The notes beneath the pieces were generated by a model. That model saw only the letters and a list, made by a program, of their open reading frames with translations. It was not told where the DNA came from and did not search any database. A DNA stretch of 64,000 nucleotides from an uncultured delta proteobacterium (lineage in GTDB: Bacteria > Myxococcota_A > Polyangia > Polyangiales > JAFGIB01): assembly GCA_963778655.1 (NCBI GenBank), contig CAVZVA010000003.1, positions 768,001-832,000 on the forward strand, read 5' to 3'. Within the stretch, counting starts at the first letter, position 1. Each line of letters starts with the position of its first letter. Of this stretch, positions 46,702-56,855 are shown piece by piece. Made by a program: the position numbers and the translations under genes.

Positions 46702-49700
46702 TCAGTTGTCCTCGTCCAGCTCGACGCCCCAGCCTTTGAGCTTCTTCTGGATCTCGGCGCGGTCGATGGCCGCGACGGCGGCGATCTCGATGTAGCGCTT
46801 GTACAGACGGATGGCCGCGGTGCGATCGCCGCGGGCCTCGGCGTTCTCGCCAGCCAGGCGGTTGGCGTCGGGCAGCCAGTAGGGCATGGGGTCCTTCGCG
46901 GCGCCGAGCTCGAGCGCGTGCTTGACGCTTGCACCCGAGGCGCCACGGTCGCCGGAATCGGCCTCCAGCATCGCCAGCCGGTACCACCACTCCCCGCGCG
47001 TCGCGTCCTTGTCGAGCGCGGTGCGGTAGGCGCGGATCGCGTCGGCTTTCTGGCGCAGCTGGTCGTAGCAGTCGCCCTCCACCGCATAGGCGTCGGTGCG
47101 CGCGGGATTGAGCTTGAGCGCCTTGTTCAGATCGTTGAGCGCATCCTTGACCGCCCCCATACGCAAGCGCACCACCGCGCGCACCCAGTAGGCGTCTCCC
47201 GTGTTGGGGTCGAACTTGAGCGCGGCGGCAACTTCCTCCAGCGTGCGCCCCAGGTTGCCCATCTCGAGCGAGGCGCGGGCGACGTAGAGGTGGTATTCGG
47301 CCTTGGTGCCGTCGAGGCTGACGGCACGGTCGAAATGCGTCAGCGCATCGGGCGTGCGGCCGCGCCCGAACGCGACCCGGCCGATGAAGTACTCGGCCTC
47401 GGCGGAGTTCGGCAGCTCGCGGATCACCTTGGCCAGCGTCTGCTCGGCCGCGTCGAGCTGGTTGGATGCGACCTGGGCGGCGCCCAGCCGCAGCAGCAAG
47501 CCGCTGTCGCCGGGATCCTTCTCCAGCGCGCCGGTATAGGCCTGCACCGCCTTGTCGAACTCACCGCGGGCCTCGAACAGCAAGCCGTTCTGCTCCGCGA
47601 GCCCGGCGTAGGCCGGGTCGCGCTTGCCGATCTCGTCGAGTGTCTTCTGCGCCTGGTCGAGGTCACCGTGCTTGCGCAGGGCCACGCCCATGCCGAACAT
47701 CGCGTCGACGTCGTGGGGGTCGAGCTCGAGTGCGCGCTGGAACTCGTGGATCGCGCTCTCGAGCCGGTTGCGGGCCATCTCGGACTGGCCGAGCATGCGC
47801 CGCATCTCCGCGGTCTCCTCCACGTGCGAGGCCGCCTCGTTCAGCACGTCGGAAGCCTTGCCGGCTTCGCTCTTCTTGAAAAAGAACTGCGCCAGCGCGA
47901 GATAGCCGTCGAACTTCTTGGGCGCCAGCTCGATCGAGCGCCGGAACTGGGTCTCGGCCTGGTCCGCATTGCCGAGCAACTCCGCGGCCTCGCCCAGCGC
48001 GAGCACCACCTCGGCGTCGTTGGGCAGCGCCTTGTTCAGCTCGTCGAGCTTGACTTGCGCCTCTTGGCCGCGCTGCAGCGAGATCAACGCGCGCGCGATG
48101 CCGAGCTTGGCCTCCGCATCGGCCTTGCGGCCGCTGAGCACGGTCGGGTTCTCGCCGCCCTTGGTGGCGGCGCTGAGCGCCGATTCGAAGCGCGCCTGCG
48201 CGTCGGCGTCGCGCTTCTCGCGCAGCAGCACGCGGCCCGACCCGAGCAGCGCCTCCACCCGGTAGGGGTCGGCCGCCAGCGCCTGCTCGTAGGCCTGACG
48301 CGCGGCGTGCAGGCGGCCGCGGCTCTCGTGGATGTAGCCGAGCAGCGCGTACCCGGAGGACAACGACGGCTTGGAGCTAGCCAGATACTGGTCCTCCTCG
48401 GTGGGCTCGAGGCCCAGCGCCACGTTCAGCATGTGCTGCGCGCGCTCCTCCTTGCCCTGCGTCCACAAGATGCGGGCCTCGGCCAGACGCGCGTCGACGT
48501 GCATCGGGCTCAGCTTGAGCGTCTCGTTGACCGCAGCCGACTGCGCCTCGAGATCGCCTCGCCGCAGGGCGATACGCGCCAGGCCCCACTGCGCGCGCGC
48601 CGCACCGCCGAGCTGCAGCGCTTTGCCGAAAGCCTTCTCCGCGGCGTCTAGCTTGCCCTGCGCGAGCGCGGCTTCACCGGCCACCAGCTCGACGTAGGGA
48701 TCGCTCGGCGCCTGCGCGCGCGCCGCCGACAGCGGCGCGTCCAGCTCGCCCCATTGCTTGCGGCGCAGCGCTTCGGCGGCACGCGCCAGATCCATGCCGG
48801 GCGCCTGCCACGAGCGCTCTTCCAGGCGCTTGGAGATGGCCGCGGCGTGAGCCGAGATGTTCGGGTCCTCGCCGAAGCGCACCACGAACAGCGCGTGGTG
48901 CAACAGGCTGCGCGTGAGCAGCTCGCGGTTGAGCCCGGCCTTGCCGCGCGCGTCGCCCAGCTCGTTGAGCGAGCGCCGTACGTCGGCGTAGGTGTCGGTG
49001 GCGGCGATCTTCTCGGCCTTTTCGATCGCGCTGTGGGCGAACTGCTGGCTGCCCGCTTCGGGCAGCCAGCGCTCCCAGAAGTAGATGCCGAACACGCCGT
49101 ACTGGGTGAAGGTCAGCGCGGCTCCGCCGGCGCCCAGCAACACCAGCAAGAATCGCCACCCGCATCACGATGGTGACGGTGCGGCGCCCGCGCTCGGCTT
49201 GCTTGGCCTCGAACTCCTCACCGCGCTGGCGGCGCAGCACCTCGGGCGGCAGCGACATCCCGCGCATGCCCTCGTCCGAGATGCCGAACTCCATCTCTTC
49301 GTCGCCCTCGTCGCCCTCCTGGAACTCGGCCTCGCCGAAGGCGCCGTCGCCCTCGTCGAACGACTCATCGCCCAGGTCGTCCAGCTCCTCGGCGTCGGGC
49401 TCGAGCTCCTCGATCTCCGCGGCACCGCCGGACCGGGCGCGCGCCACGGGCGGAGGAACCGGCGGGCGCGGCCGCCCGGGCTCGGGGTCGGGCTCGAGCC
49501 CGCTGAAGCTGACCTCGTCGTCGTCGCCCATCAGCGACGGCGGCAGGTCGGAATCGCCGTCGTCGAGCTTCAGAATCGCCGAAGCTCGACTCGTCGGTCA
49601 GGTCGAGCGCACGCGAGGTGCCCATGCCTTGCACGGTCTTGGCCTTGGGCGGCAGCAGATCGGCGGTGGGCTTGGGCGGCGGCAGCTCGATGTCACCGAA

Positions 49701-51176
49701 GACATCCTCGCCGCCCGCGCTTTCTTCCGGCAGGGGAGGCAAGTCGGGCAGCGCCAGGTCGATATCCGCAAAGCTCGATTCATCGTGCTTGGGCGCGAGC
49801 AGATCGCCCTTGGGTCCCGGCAGGTCGAGCTCGCCGAACCCCCCGTCGCCACGCGGCGTCGGCAGATCGAGATCACCGAAGCTGGTGCCGCCGCTCTTGC
49901 GCGAGGGCAAATCCATGTCCGCCTTGGGCACCGGCAGATCGACGTTGGGCTTGAACGCGGGCAGGTCCGCGTTCTGCTTGGACGCCGGCAGGTCGGTCAG
50001 CTCGCGCGGCGCCGGCAGGTCGGCGCCGCCCACCGGCGCGGGCAGGTCGGCCAGCTCGCGCGGCGCCGGCAGGTCCGCCATGCCCTTGGTCGCGGGCAGA
50101 TCCGCGACCCCGCGGGCGGTCGCGGGCAGATCGGTCACGTCCTTGGGCGCGGGCAGATCCGAATCGCCAAAGCCGCCGCTGCCGAGCCTGGTCGCTGTCG
50201 CAAGCCTGGGCGCGGCCGGCTTGGCGGGCCGGGGCGGAGGCGCCGGCCGGGAGGCCAGGGGCGGAGGCGCGGCCGGCTTGGGCGCGGCCTTGGGCGCGGG
50301 CAAGTCGAGATCGCCGAACGCATCGGCGCCGCCGGCCACCACCGGGGGCCGTGGCGCGGGCGCGGGCTTCGGCGCGGCGGCGGGCGCGGGCTTCGGCGCG
50401 GCGGCGGGCACGCGCGGCGCCGGTAAGTCCACCTCGACCTTGGGCGCGGGCAGGTCTTCGACGTAGATCCGCGAGACGCTCAGGTCCTGGGTGTCGGCTG
50501 CGGGCTTGAGCGCGGGCAAGTCCTCGGGCACGTCGATGCCGGACACCGGCTCCTGCTCGCCCTCTTCGATGTCCAGCTCGAGCGCTCGTGGGGCCGCGGG
50601 CCGCGGCGGCGCGATGCCGGTGCCGAGCATGGTCGCCCCGAACGCGCCCTTGGCGGCGGCGGTCTTGCCCGCGGCCGAAGCAACCCTGGGAGCAGGCGCG
50701 GGCACGACCTTCGCCGCCACCGGAACACCGGGTCCGGCATCGCGTGGCGGCGGCACAATCGAGCCGGTGGGCGGTCCCTCCGGCGGCGAGGATGGGGGCG
50801 CGACGCCCATCGCGGTCCTGAGCTTGGGCGCGGCGACCGGGACCGCAGGCGCGGGACGCGGCGGCGCGATCGGAGCGCGGGGTGCGGCCACCGCGCCCTG
50901 ACCGAGCAGCGTGCCCTTGGGATTGAAGGGCGGCGCGATCGCGGGCGGCGGCGCAATCGGCGCCGGTGCCGCGACCGCCGCTGTGCGCGGGGCACCGGCC
51001 GCGGGTGGCGGCGCGATCGGCGGCGGTGCAGCGGCGCCTTCAGGGGCCACGCCCTGCTTGTTGACGCTGAAGCTCGCGCCGCACTTCGGACAGCGCATCT
51101 TCATGCCCTTGTCGGGAATGCGACGCGGGTCCAGCTCGTACGGCGCTTTGCAGGAAACGCACTCGACTTTGAGCAT
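46702..51176 (-). CDS. Large zinc-ribbon / DLP-repeat / TM / multi-TPR protein, interrupted by two one-base frameshifts (~49575, ~49152); about 1490 aa if corrected
   Basis: ORFs 49365-51176, 48674-49531 and 46702-49149 join in frame after removing one base at each GAATC; N-terminus CVSC..CPKC; many TPRs. Confidence 0.85.
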
Positions 51177-51398
51177 GGGATCGACCGAGACCCTCTCGCG
51201 CGAGGAAGCGCGCGAAGTGGGATGCGCGTGAACCGCGGGGGCGAGCGCCAGCCGGGCTCGGGTGGCGCTCGATCAGGATAACACGGCTCCCCGCATCGGC
51301 CCCAACCACGCGCAAGAGCGCCGCGGCGGCGGTCGCGGGCGCAGGCGCGGCGGCGCCCAGGTTGACGATCGGCGGCGGCAGCGGCTACAGATGTAGTT

Positions 51399-51686
51399 GT
51401 GAAGCGCACGATCACCCTGGAAATCGCAGGTACGAGGTTCCGCTTGATCTCCGACGCCGATCAGGACCACCTGCAGGCGCTCGCCGGCATGATCAACGAA
51501 CGGGTGGGCAAGATGAGCCGCGCGGGCGCGCGCAGCAGCGCGTCGTCGGGCCAGCTGCTTGCGCTGGCGGCGCTGGACTTGGCCGACGAGCTCAAGAGCG
51601 CGCAGGCCAAGCTGGAGGAAGTCGAGCGGCTGACGCGCAGCGCCATCGCCAACGCCATCGCGCGCATCGACAGCCACCTAGGCTGA
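51399..51686 (+). CDS. zapA: Cell division protein ZapA
   Basis: ITLEIAGTRFRL..LAALDLADEL plus coiled coil; upstream of ygfA. Confidence 0.88.
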   Translation: MKRTITLEIAGTRFRLISDADQDHLQALAGMINERVGKMSRAGARSSASSGQLLALAALDLADELKSAQAKLEEVERLTRSAIANAIARIDSHLG

Positions 51687-51693
51687 AGCGCAC

Positions 51694-52308
51694 ATGGTGC
51701 GTCGCGAATTGGACGGAGAGGCCGAGCAGGCGTTGCGCGTGCGCGCCAAGCAGGAGCTGCGCCAGCGCCTGCGCCGCGTACGCGCAGCGCTGCCCGCCGC
51801 CGCGTGCGCGGCCCGCTCGGAAGCGATCTGCGCGCGGCTGTGCGAGCTCGAGGCGTTCGCGCGGGCATCGATCGTGATCGGCTACGTCGCGCTGCGCAAG
51901 GAAGCAGACCCCGCCCTCGTGCTGCGGTCGGCACAGCAGGCGGGCAAGCGCGTGGGTCTGGTTCGGGTCGAGCAAGGCGGCGCGCTCGGCCTGCACGGCT
52001 ATCTTCCGGGCGACGCACTGGTCGACAATGCGTACGGCATCCCCGAGCCGGCCGAGGACGCGCCGCGGCTCGAGCCCAGGGAGGTGTCGCTGATCGTAGT
52101 GCCCGCGCTGGCGGTCGACGCGCGCGGCCATCGCATCGGCTACGGGCAGGGCTACTACGACCGGCTGCTGCCCCGGCTGCCGCAGGCGTTCAAGGTCGCG
52201 ATCGCCTACGACTTCCAGCTGCTCGCAGAAGCGCCGTCCACGCCAGGCGACGTGGCGGTCGACTGCGTGGTGACGGACAAGCGAACGCTGGTGCCGGGCG
52301 ACGGCTGA
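51694..52308 (+). CDS. ygfA: 5-formyltetrahydrofolate cyclo-ligase
   Basis: KQELR, YGIPEP, VPALAVDARGHRIGYGQGYYDRLL, DVAVDCVVT. Confidence 0.95.
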   Translation: MVRRELDGEAEQALRVRAKQELRQRLRRVRAALPAAACAARSEAICARLCELEAFARASIVIGYVALRKEADPALVLRSAQQAGKRVGLVRVEQGGALGLHGYLPGDALVDNAYGIPEPAEDAPRLEPREVSLIVVPALAVDARGHRIGYGQGYYDRLLPRLPQAFKVAIAYDFQLLAEAPSTPGDVAVDCVVTDKRTLVPGDG

Positions 52309-52348
52309 GCCGCGTGCCTCCGGGGTTTTCGGGCCCTACACTGCGGGC

Positions 52349-54250
52349 GTGTCCGCCGATTCCATTCGCGACAAGCTCGACGCGCTGCCGGGCACACCCG
52401 GCGTGTACGTGTTCAAGAACCGCGAAGGCGGCGTGCTCTACGTGGGCAAGGCCGCGAACCTGAAGAGCCGCGTCCGCAGCTACTTCCAGGCGGGCAATTC
52501 GGACCAGCGCTACTTCATCGAGCGGCTGCAGCACGAGATCGGCGATCTCGAGACTTACGTCGCGGAGAGCGAAAAGGAAGCGGCGCTGCTGGAGAACAGC
52601 CTGATCAAGGAGCACCAGCCGCGCTACAACGTCAAGCTGCGCGACGACAAGGAGTTCCTCTCGCTGCGGCTCGATGCCGCCGCGCCCTGGCCGCGGCTCG
52701 AGGTGGTGCGCCGGCCCAAGAAGGACGGCGCGCGTTACTTTGGCCCTTACCACTCGGCGTCGGCCGCGCGCAGCACGCTGCGGCTGGTGAACCGCCACTT
52801 CATGCTGCGCACCTGCACCGACGCCGACTTCAAGGCACGCACGCGCCCCTGCCTGCAGTACCAGATCAAGCGCTGCCCCGGGCCGTGCGTGTTCCAGGTT
52901 GATGCAGAGACCTACGGCCAGCAGGTGCGCGGGGTGGGGCTGTTCCTGGAAGGCCGCCACGACGAGCTGATCCAGCAGCTGCAGCAGGCGATGGCGCAGG
53001 CCGCGGACGCCCAGCGCTACGAGCTGGCGGCGATTTACCGCGACCAGCTGCGCGCGGTGTCGGCCACACAACAAGCGCAGCGCGTGGCCGAGGTCGCCGA
53101 CGTCGACCAGGACGTGTTCGGCTATTTTCGTCTGGGCGACAAGGTGGAGCTGGCGGTGCTGATCGCGCGGCGGGGGCGCGTGGTCACCGTGCGCACCTTC
53201 GATCTCAAGGACGTGCGCCTGCCCGACGACGAGCTGGTGGCGTCATTTCTGGGCGAGTACTACCGGCGCAGCAGCTACGTCCCCCACGAGGTGTTGGTGC
53301 CGACTCGTATCGAGGCGGCGCTCGGTCTGGAGCAGATGTTGAGCGAGCAGCGCGGCGGGCGGGTGGCGCTGCTGCGGCCGCAGCGCGGCAAGAAGGCCAA
53401 GCTGCTGCGCATGGCGATGGAGAACGCGGCCCATGCCTTCCGCGAGAAGGCGCGCGCCAGCGAGGACCTGCAGGCGCGGCTCGAGCAGATCAAGCAACGG
53501 CTGCAGCTGCAGGCGCTGCCGGAGCGCATCGAGTGCATCGACGTCTCGCACCTGGGCGGCAGCGACACGGTCGCGGCAATCGTAGCCTTCCGCCACGGGC
53601 AGCCGGACAAGAAGGGCTATCGCAGCTTCCACGTGCGCAAGGCCGCGGCCGGCGACGACTACGCCGCGATGCTCGAGACGCTGCTGCGCCGTCTCCGCCG
53701 CGCCCAGGCTGGCGAGCGCGGCTGGCAGCTACCCGACTTGCTGGTGGTCGACGGCGGCAAGGGCCAGTTGGCGATGGCGCAGCGGGCGCTCTCCGAGCTG
53801 GGCGTGCAGGGCCTGGAGCTGGCTGCGCTGGCCAAAGAAAAGCCGAACGCGCTCGGCGAGCAGCTGGTCGACCGCGTCTACCGGCCCGGGCGCAAGAACG
53901 CGATCGAGCTACGCGAGGGCGGGGCCGCGCTGCAGATCCTGGCCCACGCGCGCGACGAGGCGCACCGGGTCTCGAACGCATTGCGCGAAAAGCTCGCACA
54001 CAGGCGCAAGCTGCACAGCGGCCTCGATGACATCGAAGGCGTGGGCCGCAAGACGCGCGCGCTGCTGCTGCGCGAGCTCGGCTCGCTGCGCGCGATCGAG
54101 CAGGCCGAAGTCGAGCGTCTGGTCGACGCCGGCGCCACGCGCAAGCAAGCCGAGGCGATCCACGCGCACCTGCACGGCGGCGAGGCCGTCGCGCGCGCGC
54201 GGGCCGAAGACGCCGAGGAGCTCGCGGTGGAACACGCCTTCGAGGGGTGA
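52349..54250 (+). CDS. uvrC: Excinuclease ABC subunit C
   Basis: PGVY..YVGKA..RVRSYF (GIY-YIG), ECIDVSH, DDY, VDGGKGQ, RDEAHR, HhH. Confidence 0.97.
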   Translation: MSADSIRDKLDALPGTPGVYVFKNREGGVLYVGKAANLKSRVRSYFQAGNSDQRYFIERLQHEIGDLETYVAESEKEAALLENSLIKEHQPRYNVKLRDDKEFLSLRLDAAAPWPRLEVVRRPKKDGARYFGPYHSASAARSTLRLVNRHFMLRTCTDADFKARTRPCLQYQIKRCPGPCVFQVDAETYGQQVRGVGLFLEGRHDELIQQLQQAMAQAADAQRYELAAIYRDQLRAVSATQQAQRVAEVADVDQDVFGYFRLGDKVELAVLIARRGRVVTVRTFDLKDVRLPDDELVASFLGEYYRRSSYVPHEVLVPTRIEAALGLEQMLSEQRGGRVALLRPQRGKKAKLLRMAMENAAHAFREKARASEDLQARLEQIKQRLQLQALPERIECIDVSHLGGSDTVAAIVAFRHGQPDKKGYRSFHVRKAAAGDDYAAMLETLLRRLRRAQAGERGWQLPDLLVVDGGKGQLAMAQRALSELGVQGLELAALAKEKPNALGEQLVDRVYRPGRKNAIELREGGAALQILAHARDEAHRVSNALREKLAHRRKLHSGLDDIEGVGRKTRALLLRELGSLRAIEQAEVERLVDAGATRKQAEAIHAHLHGGEAVARARAEDAEELAVEHAFEG

Positions 54251-54312
54251 TCGGCCGCGGCCGACCACGACCACGACCACGACCCGGGACCGGGGCTGCA
54301 GCGCTGGGGAGG

Positions 54313-55707
54313 TCAGCGATCGTCGGCGGTGTTCAAAGCCACTCTTAGCCGCACTTCGAAGCGGGCGCCGCCCGCCGGGGGGTTGAAGGCGGATATGCTG
54401 CCGCCCATACCTTCGACCAAGGTGTGCGAGACGGCCAAGCCCAGACCGGTGCCCTGGCCGGTCGGCTTGGTGGTGGTGAAGGGCTCGAACAGGTGATCGA
54501 GCACCTGCCGCGGGAGGCCGGGGCCGTCGTCGCTCACCGCGAGCAGGCAGCCCTCGCCGTCGCGGCGGGCCTCGATCCGGATACGGCCGCGGCCCTGCAT
54601 CGCGTCGACCGCGTTGAGCAGCAGGTTCAGCACCACCTGGGTCAGGCGCTGCGAAGAGCCGAGCACGCGCGGCAAGCCTGGCTCGATCTCGACGCCGATC
54701 TCGATCTGCTGCGAATCCTTTTGCGGGCGCACCAGGTTCACCGCGTCGGCGACGACCTGGTCCAGCTCGGCCTGCTGCCCGCCATCGCCCTCCGGGTCGC
54801 GGCGCGAGAAGTCGAGCAGGTCGCGGATGATGCGGTTGATGCGCTCGGTCTCGCGGTGAACGCGCTGCAGGAACTCCGCGGACTGCTCGGCATCGAGCTC
54901 GGAGGAGCGCAACAGCTCGATCAGGCCGAGAATGGCCGAGAGCGGATTGCCGATCTCGTGGGCGACGCCCGCGGCCAGGCGCCCGACCGAGGCCAGCTTC
55001 TCGCCGTGGATCAGCTGCTGCTGGGTGGTCCTGAGCTCGGTCGTCTTGTGCTCGAGCTCGCCCAGGCGCTGCTCGAGCGCCTGGCGCTCGGATCGCAGCT
55101 GGCGCGCCATCTCGTTGAACGCCGCGGCCAGGCGTGCCACCTCGGCCGCGCCCCGCTCGGGCACGCGCACATCGCTGGTCCCGCCCGCGAGCAGCTCGCT
55201 GCCGCGCGTGAGCTGATCCAGCGGCCGCACGATCCAATAGGTCAGCAGAATATAGGTGAGGACGACCACCGCAAGACCGGTGATCGCGACGTAGAGCAGC
55301 AACAGGTTTCCGAGCGCACGGGTAGCCGAGGCGGCGGGTCGCCGCAGCCAGAAGGTGAGGCGGCTGCCGCCGGGCAGCGCCACGCCGACGCCGGATCCGC
55401 CCGGAACGCGCCCGCGGCCGTAGCTGGTGCCATCGCGCGTGCGCACGCGCACCGCCTGCAGCCCGCCGCGCCGCACCAGCGCGTCGAGCACAACCTCGGC
55501 CGAGGGTGCGCGGCCGGCGTCAGTCGGCGCCAAGGCCATCGAGAGCGCCTGCGCATACAGGCGCGCCGAGCGAGCGCGCTCGGCCTGACCGGCCGCCTGG
55601 GTCAGGCGCAGAGTGGCGGTGCCCAGCAGCGCGAACGAGATCAGGTACACCACCGACAGCGCCACCACCAGCTGCGCGCGAAGCCCGAAGCGGAGGTAAC
55701 CGTTCAA
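54313..55707 (-). CDS. Sensor histidine kinase (2TM, HAMP, NtrB-type HisKA)
   Basis: EKLASVGRLAAGVAHEIGNPL, NLLLNA, DDGPG, FTTK, GTGLGL; TTG start inferred. Confidence 0.92.
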   Translation of the reverse strand: MNGYLRFGLRAQLVVALSVVYLISFALLGTATLRLTQAAGQAERARSARLYAQALSMALAPTDAGRAPSAEVVLDALVRRGGLQAVRVRTRDGTSYGRGRVPGGSGVGVALPGGSRLTFWLRRPAASATRALGNLLLLYVAITGLAVVVLTYILLTYWIVRPLDQLTRGSELLAGGTSDVRVPERGAAEVARLAAAFNEMARQLRSERQALEQRLGELEHKTTELRTTQQQLIHGEKLASVGRLAAGVAHEIGNPLSAILGLIELLRSSELDAEQSAEFLQRVHRETERINRIIRDLLDFSRRDPEGDGGQQAELDQVVADAVNLVRPQKDSQQIEIGVEIEPGLPRVLGSSQRLTQVVLNLLLNAVDAMQGRGRIRIEARRDGEGCLLAVSDDGPGLPRQVLDHLFEPFTTTKPTGQGTGLGLAVSHTLVEGMGGSISAFNPPAGGARFEVRLRVALNTADDR

Positions 55708-55711
55708 CGGA

Positions 55712-56677
55712 TCAGTCCGTGAGCTGATCGATCCGCACCTTGAGCTCCGCGAAGCGCTTGAGGAACGCGCCGTGCTCGCTGCGGAACGACTGCATGTAGC
55801 GCCGCTCCTCGCGGCGCGCGAGCAGCTCGGCCACCAGCTCCTGCATGCACGCGACCAGCTCGTCGACGGAGCCGCACGGCCAGGCCTTGGTCGCCCTGCC
55901 GCCTTCGTAGCGTTCGGCCTTGCCTTCGCCTCGGGTCGAGTACAGCAGCCCCAGCATCTGCGGCTGCTGCTCCTGGGCGGAGCGCAGCAACATCGGGCCG
56001 GGCAGGTCGCTGAGCTGCTCGCGCACGACCACGATCTGGAAGTTGAAGCTGCTGGCACGGTCGAGACCGGATCCGCCGCTGAGCTCGACCGAAACGTCCC
56101 AGGCTTTTTCGCCAAGCTTGTCGGCGATCTGCTTCAGAAAGCCCTGGTCCTCGTCGACGATCAGGATCGCGGGCTTCATCGCCAACCCTCCGCCGCTGGA
56201 ATCGCCGCCGTAGAGCTTGCGCCCCATCGCCAACATGATGCGCAGCGATTCGGCCATCACGTCTTTGACCTCGTTCAGCAGGGCGCCGCCCTTGTCGCCG
56301 GTGCGCGCCAGATCGATCGCGCGCCGCACCGTGCCCTGCAGGTGGGCGATCTGATCGGGACGCTTGCTGACCACGTCGACCACGCCCAGGCGCAAGGCCT
56401 CGACCACGGCCTCGAACGAGCGCCGGCCGGCCAGCAGCACGATGCGCGTCGGCGCCGAGGTCTGCGCGATGAAGCGGGCGAGCTCCAGGCCGCTGCCGGT
56501 GGCGCCGAAATCGAGGTCGATCACCGCCGCCGGAAAGAACTTGCGCCGCACCAGCTCCTTGGCGGTCTCGAGATCGGCGCAGGCCGTGCACACGTAGCCC
56601 TGATCGTCGAAGAGCTTGCGCAAGCCTTCGCGATCGCGCTCGGTGCCATCGGCGATCAGCAGCTCTTCGCCCGCCAT
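55712..56677 (-). CDS. Protein with two receiver domains and no DNA-binding output
   Basis: REC1 LLIAD..AVID..SK; REC2 ILIVDED..VVVRE; C-terminal helix. Confidence 0.82.
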   Translation of the reverse strand: MAGEELLIADGTERDREGLRKLFDDQGYVCTACADLETAKELVRRKFFPAAVIDLDFGATGSGLELARFIAQTSAPTRIVLLAGRRSFEAVVEALRLGVVDVVSKRPDQIAHLQGTVRRAIDLARTGDKGGALLNEVKDVMAESLRIMLAMGRKLYGGDSSGGGLAMKPAILIVDEDQGFLKQIADKLGEKAWDVSVELSGGSGLDRASSFNFQIVVVREQLSDLPGPMLLRSAQEQQPQMLGLLYSTRGEGKAERYEGGRATKAWPCGSVDELVACMQELVAELLARREERRYMQSFRSEHGAFLKRFAELKVRIDQLTD

Positions 56678-56855
56678 CTGCCCGATAGGATAGCCGATCC
56701 GCCGGCCGCCGCAGAATTCGGGTGCCAGGCCGCGCGCCCGCAGGCCGAGGCGGCCCCGGCACCCCTGGAGGCCCGCGCAGGTAGGGCGAGGTAGCGCGGA
56801 AAACTGCACGCGATCGCAGTAGCGACCGAGGCCGTGTGTTCGTACGCTGGATAAC

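Noticed and set aside
49900..50160. 27-bp-period repeats (..ggcaggtc..) with variable intervening sequence
   Set aside because: They encode the DLPxxx protein repeats with synonymous variation; not a CRISPR or DNA-level array.
54262..54283. CGACCA x3-4 microsatellite between convergent uvrC and the kinase gene
   Set aside because: Too short to assign any function from sequence alone.
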